DNA from: Burkholderiales bacterium
Lineage (GTDB): Bacteria > Pseudomonadota > Gammaproteobacteria > Burkholderiales > Casimicrobiaceae
NCBI GenBank assembly: GCA_020852555.1
Contig: JADZAQ010000200.1
Coordinates: 3,929 to 67,928, forward strand
Reading direction: 5' to 3'
DNA length: 64,000 bases
In this document: in pieces, positions 11,306 to 20,589 of the stretch
Layout of the letters: every line of letters begins with the position of its first letter
Numbering within the stretch: the first letter of the stretch is position 1
Notes under the pieces: model-generated
Told to the model about the DNA's origin: nothing
Database searches by the model: none
The model's input: the letters and a program-made list of their open reading frames with translations, nothing else
Position numbers and translations under genes: made by a program

Positions 11306-12601
11306 ATGGGGATTCGAGTGTGGCAGAAGCTCGCGGCGGCGCTCGCCGCGGCCGGGCTCGTGTTCGCCGCGGGCAGCGCCGTGGCGCAAACCGAGGTGTC
11401 GTTCTACTACCCGGTGGCGGTGGGGGGGCCGATCACCAAGATCGTCGACGGTTTCGCCGCTGATTTCGAGAAGGAGAATCCCGGGATCAAGCTGAAGCCG
11501 ATCTATTCGGGCAGCTACCAGGAGTCGATCACCAAGGCGCTCACCGCGGTGAAGAGTGGCGAGCCGCCCGTGATGTCGATCCTGCTGTCCACGGACATGT
11601 TCACGCTGATCGACGAGGAGGCGATCGTGCCGTTCGATCCGCTCGTGAAGACTCCCAACGACCAGGCGTGGCTGAAGTCGTTCTACCCGGCATTCATGGA
11701 GAACAGCCAGACCGGCGGCAAGACGTGGGGCATCCCGTTCCAGCGCTCGACCATCGTCCTCTACTACAACAAGGAGATGTTCAAGGAGGCCGGGCTCGAT
11801 CCCAACAAGCCGCCCGCGACGTGGAACGAGATGACGCAGTACGCGGAGAAGCTCACCAAGCGCGACGCGTCCGGCAAGGTCACGCAATGGGGCATCCAGA
11901 TTCCGTCGTCGGGCTTTCCGTACTGGCTCTTCCAGGCGCTCGCGATCCAGGCGGGCACCAATCTCATGAACCAGGCGGGCACCGAGGTCTACTACGACAA
12001 GCCGGAAGTCGTGCGCGCTCTCTCCTACTGGGTCGACCTCGTCAAGAAATACAAGGTGCATCCGGAAGGGATCGTCGAGTGGGGCACGACGCCGAAGGAC
12101 TTCTTCGAGCGCAAGGTGGCGATGATCTGGACGACCACCGGCAACCTCACCAACGTGAAGAACAACGCCAAGTTCGACTTCGGGGTGGCGATGCTGCCGG
12201 CCGACAAGCAGCGCGGCAGTCCCACGGGTGGCGGCAACTTCTACATCTTCGCGAAGTCGACCCCGGCGCAGCGCGAGGCGGCGATGAAGTTCATCAAGTG
12301 GGTCACCACGCCCGAGCGTGCCGCGCAATGGGGCATCGACACCGGCTACGTCGCGGTGCGCGCCGATGCGTGGGACACGCCGGTGATGAAGCAGTACGTC
12401 GCCGGCTTCCCCGCGGCGGCAGTCGCCCGCGACCAGTTGCCGTATGCGAAGGCGGAGCTCTCCACGCACGACAACCAACGTGTGACGAAGGCGCTCAACG
12501 ACGCCTTGCAGGCAGCGCTCACCGGCACCAAGACGCCGGAAGCTGCGCTGAAGGACGCGCAGCGCGAAGCGGATCGGCTGCTGCGGCCGTTCAAGAAGTA
12601 G
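11306..12601 (+). CDS. ABC transporter substrate-binding protein (UgpB-like)
   Basis: Signal peptide; PFQRST, LYYNK, PTGGGN motifs; operon context. Confidence 0.85.
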   Translation: MGIRVWQKLAAALAAAGLVFAAGSAVAQTEVSFYYPVAVGGPITKIVDGFAADFEKENPGIKLKPIYSGSYQESITKALTAVKSGEPPVMSILLSTDMFTLIDEEAIVPFDPLVKTPNDQAWLKSFYPAFMENSQTGGKTWGIPFQRSTIVLYYNKEMFKEAGLDPNKPPATWNEMTQYAEKLTKRDASGKVTQWGIQIPSSGFPYWLFQALAIQAGTNLMNQAGTEVYYDKPEVVRALSYWVDLVKKYKVHPEGIVEWGTTPKDFFERKVAMIWTTTGNLTNVKNNAKFDFGVAMLPADKQRGSPTGGGNFYIFAKSTPAQREAAMKFIKWVTTPERAAQWGIDTGYVAVRADAWDTPVMKQYVAGFPAAAVARDQLPYAKAELSTHDNQRVTKALNDALQAALTGTKTPEAALKDAQREADRLLRPFKK

Positions 12602-12608
12602 TGCGTGC

Positions 12609-12640
12609 CGCCGGTGCCCGTCAAAGGTCGGGCACCGGCG
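12609..12640 (+). other. Perfect 12-bp GC hairpin between binding-protein and permease genes (probable mRNA-stabilising or attenuating stem)
   Basis: CGCCGGTGCCCG-N8-CGGGCACCGGCG, no U-tract. Confidence 0.5.
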
Positions 12641-12729
12641 CGCCGCCGGTGCCGGAAAAGCGGATCATCCTCGCCGTTCACACGCTCGATCACCGTCGAC
12701 GCTGAAGCGTTCGCTGACGTCCCCATCGC

Positions 12730-13605
12730 ATGACCCGCACCACGCAGTGGATCTACGCCTGGCTGCTCCTGCTGCCGTCGCTCGTCCTGCTCGCGCTCTT
12801 CACGCACTACCCGGCGGTCGCGACGCTGTGGCAGAGCTTCTTCTCCACCGCCAAGGGCAGCCGGCCGACGGTGTTCGTGGGACTCGACAACTACCAGCAG
12901 CTCGTCGAGGACCCGATCTTCTGGCAGGCGCTGTCGAACAACTTCTGGTACGCGTTCTGGACCATCCCGATCTCGATCGCGCTCGCGATCCTGATGGCGA
13001 TCTGGGTCAACCAGCGGATCGCCGGCCGCGGTTTCCTGCGCCTTGCGTACTTCACGCCGACGATCCTGCCGATGATCGCGGTCGCCAACATCTGGCTCTT
13101 CTTCTACACCCCCGAGTACGGGCTCCTCGCCAAGTTCCTCGAACCTTTCGGCAGCGGCAGCCAGAACTGGCTCGGCAGCAAGGGCACCGCGCTGCCCGCG
13201 GTCATGGTGGTCGCGATCTGGAAGGAGGCGGGGTTCTTCATGATCTTCTATCTGGCTGCGCTGCAGTCGATGTCGCCGCACCTCGCCGAAGCCGCGGCGA
13301 TCGAGGGTGCGTCGCGCTGGTATTTCTTCCGTCGCGTGACGTTCCCGCTGCTCATGCCCACCACTCTGTTCGTGCTCGTCAATGCGGTCATCAACGCCTT
13401 CCGGCTCGTCGACCACATCGTGGTGATGACGCGCGGCGGCCCGGACAACGCGACCTCGCTCCTGCTCTACTACATCTACGAGATCGGCTTCCGCTTCTGG
13501 GACACCGCGTACGCAGCGGCGCTCACCGTCGTGCTGCTCGCCATCCTCGGCATCGCCGCCCTCGCGCAGTTCTTCTTCCTCGGGCGCAAGGTGCACTATC
13601 AATGA
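12730..13605 (+). CDS. ABC transporter permease (UgpA/MalF-like)
   Basis: Multi-TM protein with EAAAIEGA (EAA) motif. Confidence 0.88.
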   Translation: MTRTTQWIYAWLLLLPSLVLLALFTHYPAVATLWQSFFSTAKGSRPTVFVGLDNYQQLVEDPIFWQALSNNFWYAFWTIPISIALAILMAIWVNQRIAGRGFLRLAYFTPTILPMIAVANIWLFFYTPEYGLLAKFLEPFGSGSQNWLGSKGTALPAVMVVAIWKEAGFFMIFYLAALQSMSPHLAEAAAIEGASRWYFFRRVTFPLLMPTTLFVLVNAVINAFRLVDHIVVMTRGGPDNATSLLLYYIYEIGFRFWDTAYAAALTVVLLAILGIAALAQFFFLGRKVHYQ

Positions 13606-14435
13606 GCGGAACGACCGTCTACGCGTCGCGTGGCGTCTCGCACGCGCTGGAGACGGCGGGTGCATGGGCCTTGGGCCTCGTGTGGGTGCTGCCGCTCGTC
13701 TACGCGTTCTGGACCGCGTTCCACCCGGCCGAGTTCTCGACGCGTTTCGTGCTCGGCGCGCCGCTCACCCTGGAGAACTTCGTGCGCGCGTGGGAGGCGG
13801 CGCCGTTCGCGCGCTACTTCGTCAACACGGCGATCCTGGTCACGATGGTGCTCGCCGCGCAGCTCGTGCTGGTGACGCTCGCCGCATACGCCTTCGCGCG
13901 CTTCGAATTCCCCGGGCGCGGCGTCCTCTTCGCGCTCGTCCTCGTGCAGCTCATGATCATGCCCGACGTGCTCATCGTCGAGAACTACCGCACGATGGCC
14001 TTCCTCGGCATCCGCGACACCATCCTCGCCATAGGCCTGCCGTACATGGCGAGCGCCTTCGGCATCTTCCTCCTGCGCCAGACCTTCAAGACCGTGCCGC
14101 GCGAGCTCGACGACGCCGCGCGCGTCGAAGGTTGCACGCCGCTGCAAGTGCTGTGGAAGGTCTACGTCCCGCTCGCCCGCCCCACGTACCTCGCCTACGC
14201 GCTCGTTTCGGTGAGCTACCACTGGAACAACTTCCTGTGGCCGCTCATCATCACCAACTCGGTCGAATCGCGGCCCGTGACCGTGGGCTTGCAGGTGTTC
14301 TCCGCGACCGATCAGGGGCTCGACTGGTCGATCATCACCGCCGCCACCCTCCTCTCGACGGCGCCGCTCCTCATCGCCTTCCTGCTTTTCCAGAAGCAGT
14401 TCGTGCAGTCGTTCATGCGCGCGGGGATACGGTAG
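13602..14435 (+). CDS. ABC transporter permease (UgpE/MalG-like)
   Basis: ATGA overlap with previous gene; DAARVEG, WNNFLWP motifs. Confidence 0.88.
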   Translation: MSGTTVYASRGVSHALETAGAWALGLVWVLPLVYAFWTAFHPAEFSTRFVLGAPLTLENFVRAWEAAPFARYFVNTAILVTMVLAAQLVLVTLAAYAFARFEFPGRGVLFALVLVQLMIMPDVLIVENYRTMAFLGIRDTILAIGLPYMASAFGIFLLRQTFKTVPRELDDAARVEGCTPLQVLWKVYVPLARPTYLAYALVSVSYHWNNFLWPLIITNSVESRPVTVGLQVFSATDQGLDWSIITAATLLSTAPLLIAFLLFQKQFVQSFMRAGIR

Positions 14436-14714
14436 GGGATTGGCGGCCACCCGCTCGAACCGCCATTGATCGCCGCGCCGGTGGATTCCTGCACCGCGTT
14501 GGACACCGGAGTATGGTCGCGCGACTGCGCGACGTCCGCGACGGGCGTGACGGGCAACGACCCTCTATCGTGCATATCGTTATCGCTCGCCATATTGCAT
14601 GCCAGAACCGATGCAAAAACAGATGGTTGGCGGTTGACCGGCTCCAATTATCCGGCGCAGACCAAGTGGATATTCGGCGTTTGAGCGGCCTATTTTTCGT
14701 TGGGCCTACCACGT

Positions 14715-14743
14715 TTGCGCCATGCCAGTCCCGGAGCGATAAT
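14715..14743 (+). promoter_or_regulatory. Putative sigma70 promoter internal to the TA cassette
   Basis: TTGCGC-17 nt-GATAAT, then GGAGGT RBS before hicB. Confidence 0.5.
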
Positions 14744-14765
14744 CCGCCACGATCGGAGGTACCTC

Positions 14766-14975
14766 ATGCGCAACTATTCCGCAGTAATCGAACGCGACCC
14801 TGATACAGGTCTTTTCGTCGGCTTCGTCCCGGGATTTCCGGGTGCTCATTCGCAGGGCGCAACTCTTGATGAGCTGAACGCCAACCTGAGAGAAGTCATT
14901 TCCATGCTCTTGGAAGATGGCGAACCCGTCCTCGAATCGGAATTTATTGGGGTGCAGAACGTCGCCGTCGCGTGA
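14766..14975 (+). CDS. hicB: HicB-family antitoxin (short, no C-terminal DNA-binding domain)
   Basis: YSAVIERD, VPGFPGAHSQGATLDEL..NLREVI; 69 aa. Confidence 0.88.
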   Translation: MRNYSAVIERDPDTGLFVGFVPGFPGAHSQGATLDELNANLREVISMLLEDGEPVLESEFIGVQNVAVA

Positions 14976-14978
14976 TCC

Positions 14979-15203
14979 GTGGGAAATGTCCCAGTTCTGA
15001 AGCCGGCTGAGGTCTTGGCCATCTTGCGCAACCTTGGTTTCGTCGAAGTCCGGCAACGTGGTTCGCACAAGCAGTTTCGTGACAGTTCCGGGCGCTCGAC
15101 TACAGTTCCCTTTCATTCCGGCCGCGACATCGCGCCGACTCTTCTGCGCCAGATCGCCAAAGACATCGGGCTCACCGTTTCAGAGTTGCTTGAGCATCGG
15201 TAG
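14979..15203 (+). CDS. hicA: HicA-family mRNA interferase toxin
   Basis: LGFVEVRQRGSHKQF (catalytic GSH), TTVPFH; 74 aa. Confidence 0.9.
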   Translation: MGNVPVLKPAEVLAILRNLGFVEVRQRGSHKQFRDSSGRSTTVPFHSGRDIAPTLLRQIAKDIGLTVSELLEHR

Positions 15204-15293
15204 GCCCAACCCGGCGTTTGAGCGGACGCGCGGGCACGGGCCTTCAACTTCGCGTGCGTCAGCGCGACGCGCCGCTCAACTTGAACGTTAGAC
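15204..15293 (+). repeat. attC recombination site (90 bp)
   Basis: R'' GCCCAAC immediately after the hicA stop; inner TTGAGCGG / CCGCTCAA inverted arms; R' GTTAGAC. Confidence 0.8.
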
Positions 15294-15336
15294 GCCACGA
15301 ACGCCTTCGGTAGCATTCAAAGATGTGCCTGAGGAA

Positions 15337-15459
15337 ATGAGGGTCACCATCGCGCCGGGGTTGGGCTGGCCTGAAGATCGAAACACCACGCACTGGCTCG
15401 AGAACAGGGGAGCGATTCCCGCGGTGGAGGTCTCGGTCGACATCGTGCGGCATGCGTGA
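15337..15459 (+). pseudogene. Remnant of a small cupin-domain gene with an apparent internal deletion
   Basis: MRVTIAPG joined directly to LGWPEDRNTTHWLENRGAIPAVEVSVDIVR, which I recall as the C-terminus of a cupin family. Confidence 0.45.
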
Positions 15460-15544
15460 CTCAGTCGGGGCACTCGGCGCTCACTCATCGCACAGCGTTC
15501 CGACGCCTCAGCAGCCCGCGCCGGGGTCCGAGCGCCCGTGGCAC

Positions 15545-16495
15545 TCAATCACGTGCGGCACGCGTATCCCACAGTCCCACGGCGAGGAGCACGGCCGTGG
15601 TGAGCCAGCCCATCGCGAGCAGGCTTGTCCCAAAGCCGATCGGTACCAGCGCCACGAGGGCGAGCGCGCCGAGGAGATGCGAGCGCGGCACGCGAGCGCA
15701 GACGACGTGCTTGTACACGGCGCTGCCGAGGAACGTCGCCATGAGTGCCGACAGGACCGCGCCGGTCCACGCAGCGGTCGCGGTGAGCGTGGCGCCGGTC
15801 GCGACGAGTGTTTCGCCCAGCGCGACGATCACCAATGCCTGGCAGCGCTCGGCGAGGTGGCCGCCCTCGATCGTCCAGTCGCTGGTGCGTGACCGGCCGA
15901 GGCCCGGAAACGCGAAGCCGAACATCGGCGAGAAGTACTCGCAGGCGATTGCCGCCGCCCACAGCAGGATCCGCTCGTGCTCGCCGGCGAGCGCCCCGGC
16001 GATCCAGAAGCAGGCCGCGATGCACATCCAGCCGAGGATGCGCAGGTAGTTGGCGCGCAGGGGATGTCCGCCCGGCAGCAGCGCGACGATGCACGCGGCG
16101 CGACCGACCTGCATCGTTGCGTAGGCGCTCGCGAAGACGAGCCCGCGCGCGCCGAACGACTCGGGTATCGCCGCCGCGACGGCGAGCATCGTGAGCATGG
16201 TCCCGAACAGGATCACCCGTACCCGCGGCAGGCGCGGTTCGAACCAGTTGGTGAACCAGCAGCCGTACTGCCAGCCGAGCCAGACGGCGAACCACACGAT
16301 GAGCGCCTCGGCCACCCCGCGCGCCGTGAGGTGTTCGAGAAGCTGGTGGCTCACCTGAGTGACGGAAAAGGCGGTCACGAGGTCGAACGCGAGTTCCTCG
16401 TAGGTCACGCGGGCGTGCCGGCCGTCGCGGATGCGCAACCAGCGGGATTCGGGCAACGCGGTCGGCATCGGCGTTGCCGGGTTCGCAGTATTCAT
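15545..16495 (-). pseudogene. ltrA: Low temperature requirement protein A (LtrA family), apparently internally deleted in frame
   Basis: RVTYEELAFDLV, HLAERC..VIVALGE; the usual MWWxYF segment and following helices are absent (ATFLGS joins AVYK). Confidence 0.6.
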
Positions 16496-16566
16496 GGGCG
16501 GTCGAATCGACGTTGCGCGGCGCTATGATGCGCGGTCTTCAGCCGCGTACCGCGAAAGGATGCTAC

Positions 16567-17424
16567 ATGAAGCTCATCACCTGGAACGTGCAGTGGTGCC
16601 GCGGCGTCGATCATCGCGTCGACCCTGCGCGGGTGATCGCGGAGGCGAAGCGCATCGCCGATTTCGACGTGCTCTGCCTCCAGGAGGTGGCCGACAACTA
16701 TCCCGCTCCGCTCCTTCCGGATGGTCGCGCGGAGGACCAGTTCGCCCTGCTCGCCGCACTCCTTCCGGGCTACACCGCGGTGCCGGGAGTGGCCGTCGAC
16801 CAGGCGGGTGCGGACGGCAAGCGTCGCCGCTTCGGGAACATGATCCTCACCCGGCTGCCGGTGCTGCAAGCCTACCGGCACCTGCTGCCGTATCCGGCGG
16901 ATCACGCAGTGCCCAGCATGCCGCGCATCGCGGTGGAAGCGGTGGTGCGCGCCCCGTTCGGCGACGTGCGCGTCATCACCACGCATCTCGAGTACTACTC
17001 GGTGAAGAAGCGCTCCGCACAGGTCGAGGGACTGCGCGCGATCTATTCCGAAGGCGCGGCGTACGCGGACAATCCCCGTGTCACCGAGCGCGACGAGGGG
17101 CCGTACCAGGCGCAGCCGCGTCCGCTTGCCACCGTCATCACCGGGGACTTCAACCTCGAACCCGACGATCCGCTGCACGCGCGGATGCGAGCACCGCTTC
17201 CGGGAGGCATTCCCGCGCTCGTCGACGCGTGGGAAGCCGCGCATCCGGGAAAGAAGCATCCACCGACGTTCAAGATCTACGAGAAGCTCGTTCCCGGCGA
17301 GCCCGAACTCCACTGCGATTTCATCTTCGTCAACGCGCCGCTGCGCCCGCGCATCGTGCAAGTCGCCGTCGATACCGCAACACAGGTCTCCGATCACCAG
17401 CCGGTCGTGCTCGAGCTGCGCTGA
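16567..17424 (+). CDS. Endonuclease/exonuclease/phosphatase (EEP) family protein
   Basis: ITWNVQ, LCLQEV, THLE, GDFN, DFIF, SDH motifs. Confidence 0.88.
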   Translation: MKLITWNVQWCRGVDHRVDPARVIAEAKRIADFDVLCLQEVADNYPAPLLPDGRAEDQFALLAALLPGYTAVPGVAVDQAGADGKRRRFGNMILTRLPVLQAYRHLLPYPADHAVPSMPRIAVEAVVRAPFGDVRVITTHLEYYSVKKRSAQVEGLRAIYSEGAAYADNPRVTERDEGPYQAQPRPLATVITGDFNLEPDDPLHARMRAPLPGGIPALVDAWEAAHPGKKHPPTFKIYEKLVPGEPELHCDFIFVNAPLRPRIVQVAVDTATQVSDHQPVVLELR

Positions 17425-17561
17425 CGCATCCGGCCGGCAGGCGACACGGCGCCCTCTCCCCCGGTAGCGCCGCAGCGGGACCAGGGTTCCGCACGGCTAC
17501 AATGACGGGTTAGTCGTGCCGCACGTCCGCGCCCCGACGTGCCGCCAGCGCAACCCCGACC

Positions 17562-18668
17562 GTGACCCCCGACCATCCGCTCGATTTCACCGGCGAGCGC
17601 TTCCTCCCGGAAGTGCGCGGTGCGATCTTCTACGAGCACTGGCACCGCTACGCGGCGGTGGCCGCGATCGTGGCGGGCAAGCGCGTGCTCGACGCCGCGT
17701 CGGGGGAAGGCTACGGCAGCAATCTGCTCGCGCACGCGGCTGCGCACGTCATCGGCGTCGACGTTTCACCCGATGCCGTCGCCTACGCCAGGCAGCGCTA
17801 CGCACGGCCCAATCTGCATTTCGTGGCGGGCTCGGTCACCGCGTTGCCGCTCGCGACCGGCAGCGTCGACGTCGTGGTGTCGTTCGAGACGATCGAGCAC
17901 CTCACCGCGCAGGCCGAGATGCTCGCCGAATTCCGCCGCGTGCTCGCCGCCGACGGCGTCCTCGTCGTGTCGTCGCCCAATCGTCCCGTCTACAACGAAG
18001 CGGGGGGTGAGGCCAATCATTTTCACGTTCGCGAGCTCGACCGCGACGAGCTCGCGGCGCTGCTCGTCCCCGACTTTCCGCGGCAGGCGTGGTACGCGCA
18101 ACGCGTCGTCGCCCAATCGGCGCTGTGGGCGGAAGATGCAGGCGGGGGCGTACCGCCGTCGTGCATCGCGCTTGCCGGTGACGAACCCGTCGTGACCGCG
18201 GCGCCCGCCGCACCGATGTACTTCCTGGTGATCGCTGCCGGGTCGGGGGTGGCCTTGCCGGCGTTGCCGGCACTCTCGCTCTTCGACGATGGCGCGCTGT
18301 CGCTCTGGCGCGATTACGCGCGCGCCCTCAGCCGCGAGCGCACGCTCGCCTGGGACGAGCTCGGCGCCCGCAAGATCGCCGAAGAGCGGCTCGCCGAACT
18401 CGTGCCGGCGCTCAATGCGCTGGCGAGCGCACGCGAGGCGAAGGCAGCGCTGACGGCGCGCGTCGACGGTCTCGAGGCCGCGTTCGCGCAGGCGCAGGAG
18501 CAGATGCGGGCGCTGGCGACCGCGCGTGCCGATGCCGACGCCGCGTTGCTCCGCGAGCGTGCCGACCACGATGAAACGCGGCGGCGCCTCGCCTATCGCG
18601 AATCGGCGAGCGGCTGGCTTCGCTATCCGCTCGCCGCCGCACGTCAGCGATTCGCTCCGGATCGGTAG
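17562..18668 (+). CDS. Class I SAM methyltransferase with C-terminal coiled coil (surface-glycan associated)
   Basis: FTGERFLP, EHWHRY, LDAASGEGYG, SFETIEH; Ala/Glu/Arg-rich helical tail. Confidence 0.8.
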   Translation: MTPDHPLDFTGERFLPEVRGAIFYEHWHRYAAVAAIVAGKRVLDAASGEGYGSNLLAHAAAHVIGVDVSPDAVAYARQRYARPNLHFVAGSVTALPLATGSVDVVVSFETIEHLTAQAEMLAEFRRVLAADGVLVVSSPNRPVYNEAGGEANHFHVRELDRDELAALLVPDFPRQAWYAQRVVAQSALWAEDAGGGVPPSCIALAGDEPVVTAAPAAPMYFLVIAAGSGVALPALPALSLFDDGALSLWRDYARALSRERTLAWDELGARKIAEERLAELVPALNALASAREAKAALTARVDGLEAAFAQAQEQMRALATARADADAALLRERADHDETRRRLAYRESASGWLRYPLAAARQRFAPDR

Positions 18669-18678
18669 TCGGCCATCC

Positions 18679-20589
18679 ATGCCGATCATCGACATCGTCG
18701 TCCCCGTGCGCGGCGCGCTGCACGCCCTCCGGAAGTGCATCGACAGCGTCCACGCATCGCGCAACATCGTCGATTACGAGCTCGTCGTCGTCGACGACGG
18801 CAACACCGAGCCCGAGCTCGTGCGCTATCTCGCGTATCTGCGCGACGAGCGGCGCGCGACCGTCGTCACGCAGCCGTCGCGCCAGGGCTACACGGCGAGC
18901 GTCAACCGCGCCGTCGCGCTGCACCGCGAGCGCGACGTCGTCGTGCTGCACTCGGATGCCGAGGTCGCCAACGACTGGCTCGACCGGCTGCGCGCGCACG
19001 CCAGCGCCGCCGACGTCGGGCTGATCGGCTGCTTCACGAATACCGCGGGAGTCGCGACGTACCCGCTGCCGCGCCGTGCGAATCCGCTCCCTTCGGGGGA
19101 AACGGTCGCAAGTCTCGATGCACGCTTCGCGCGCGCCAATCGCGCCCACGCCGTCGCGTTGCCGGCGGTGTCCGGGCCGTGCCTGTACTTTCGGCGCGCG
19201 TGCCTGGAGGCGATCGGCGTGCTGGATGCGGCGCCGATCGGTAGCGACTACGGCGTCGAGGTCGACTTCTGCCTGCGCGCCGCCAGCGCGGGTTTTCGCC
19301 ACCTTCTGGCGGGCGACGTCTTCGTCGGCCACGCGGGTCACGGCTCGTGCGCGTCGTGGGACGAGGGCGAGCTCTTGGCTGCCCGCGCGCAGCAGGCGCT
19401 GATGAAGCTGTATCCGATGTACCGCGCGCAGGTGCAGGAGGTCGACGCCGGCGACCCCGCCCGCCCGTTCGCCCGGCGGGTCGATCTCGCCCGCCTCGCG
19501 CAGTCTCCGCGCTACCCGATCGTGTTCATCTCGCATCCATGGGGAGGCGGCATTCGCCGCTACATGCACGACCTCGTCGCGCTGACCGAGGATCGCTGCG
19601 ACGTGCTGTTCCTCGAGCCGGCGGTGGGTGACACCGTCAAGCTGTCGTGGCCGAAGGCGGGCGAGGGCTTCGCGCTGTACTTCACGCTGCCGCACGAGTT
19701 CGAGACGCTGGTGGCGACGCTGCACGCGATCGGCGTCGCCCGGCTGCACTTCCACCATATCCATTTGCAGCCGCAGGCGATCCTCGATCTCCCCGATCGG
19801 CTCGGCGTCCCGTACGACTACACGCTGCACGACTATCACCCGATCTGCCCGCAATATCACCTCGTCACCGAAGACGGCCGCTACTGCGGCGAGCCCGACA
19901 TCGCCGGCTGTACCGCGTGCCTCGCCGGGCGCCCGGCGCTGTGGGGGCTCGACATCGTCACCTGGCGCGCGCGCTTCGCGCGACTGCTGCGCGGGGCGGA
20001 GCGCGTGATCGCGCCGTCGAACGACGTCGTGGTGCGCATGCACCGCTATCTGCCCGACCGCGAGATCGTCGTGTGGCCGCACCCGGAGAGCCCGATCGAG
20101 CCGGTGCCGCGCATCGTCCGGGTCGCAATCCTTGGCAACCTCTCGCCGGAGAAGGGGCTGCACGTGGTGGCGGCGTGCGCGCGTGACGCGGTCGCGCGCA
20201 GCCTGCCGCTCACCTTCCGGGTGCTGGGCTCGACGACCGAGCCGATCCCGCAGGCGCCGGACGCGCCGCTCACCATCTATGGGCAGTACGCCGAAGGCGA
20301 CCTGTCACGGCTCATCGCCGCCGAGCGCCCCGACGTGCTGCTCTTTGCCGCGCAGGTCCCCGAGACGTACGCGTACACGATGTCGGTGGCGCTCGCTTCC
20401 GGCCTGCCGATCGTGGCCTCCGCACTCGGCGCGCTGCCCGAACGGCTGGCCGGCGTGCCGCGCTCGACCACCGTGCCGTGGGACGCACCGGCGATGCGGT
20501 GGAACGACGCGCTGCTCGGCGCCGGCGGCGTCGAGGCGCGTCCGGCCGCGACCGCGTCGGCACGCGCATCGGCAGCGGTGCAAGCATGA
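18679..20589 (+). CDS. Bifunctional glycosyltransferase (GT2 + GT4-like)
   Basis: IDIVVPV/VVVDDG N-terminal domain; LHDY, PETY, GALPER C-terminal domain. Confidence 0.82.
   Translation: MPIIDIVVPVRGALHALRKCIDSVHASRNIVDYELVVVDDGNTEPELVRYLAYLRDERRATVVTQPSRQGYTASVNRAVALHRERDVVVLHSDAEVANDWLDRLRAHASAADVGLIGCFTNTAGVATYPLPRRANPLPSGETVASLDARFARANRAHAVALPAVSGPCLYFRRACLEAIGVLDAAPIGSDYGVEVDFCLRAASAGFRHLLAGDVFVGHAGHGSCASWDEGELLAARAQQALMKLYPMYRAQVQEVDAGDPARPFARRVDLARLAQSPRYPIVFISHPWGGGIRRYMHDLVALTEDRCDVLFLEPAVGDTVKLSWPKAGEGFALYFTLPHEFETLVATLHAIGVARLHFHHIHLQPQAILDLPDRLGVPYDYTLHDYHPICPQYHLVTEDGRYCGEPDIAGCTACLAGRPALWGLDIVTWRARFARLLRGAERVIAPSNDVVVRMHRYLPDREIVVWPHPESPIEPVPRIVRVAILGNLSPEKGLHVVAACARDAVARSLPLTFRVLGSTTEPIPQAPDAPLTIYGQYAEGDLSRLIAAERPDVLLFAAQVPETYAYTMSVALASGLPIVASALGALPERLAGVPRSTTVPWDAPAMRWNDALLGAGGVEARPAATASARASAAVQA

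Larger units (their letters stand above)
14699..15287 (+). mobile_element. Integron-type gene cassette carrying hicBA (no integrase in window)
   Basis: Starts at G/TTGGGC (14699-14705), the exact complement of the R'' GCCCAAC after hicA; ends at attC crossover G/TTAGAC. Confidence 0.75.

Noticed and set aside
14312-14647. Minus-strand ORF as a possible intI remnant beside the cassette
   Set aside because: No tyrosine-recombinase motifs; it overlaps the permease 3' end; position alone is insufficient.
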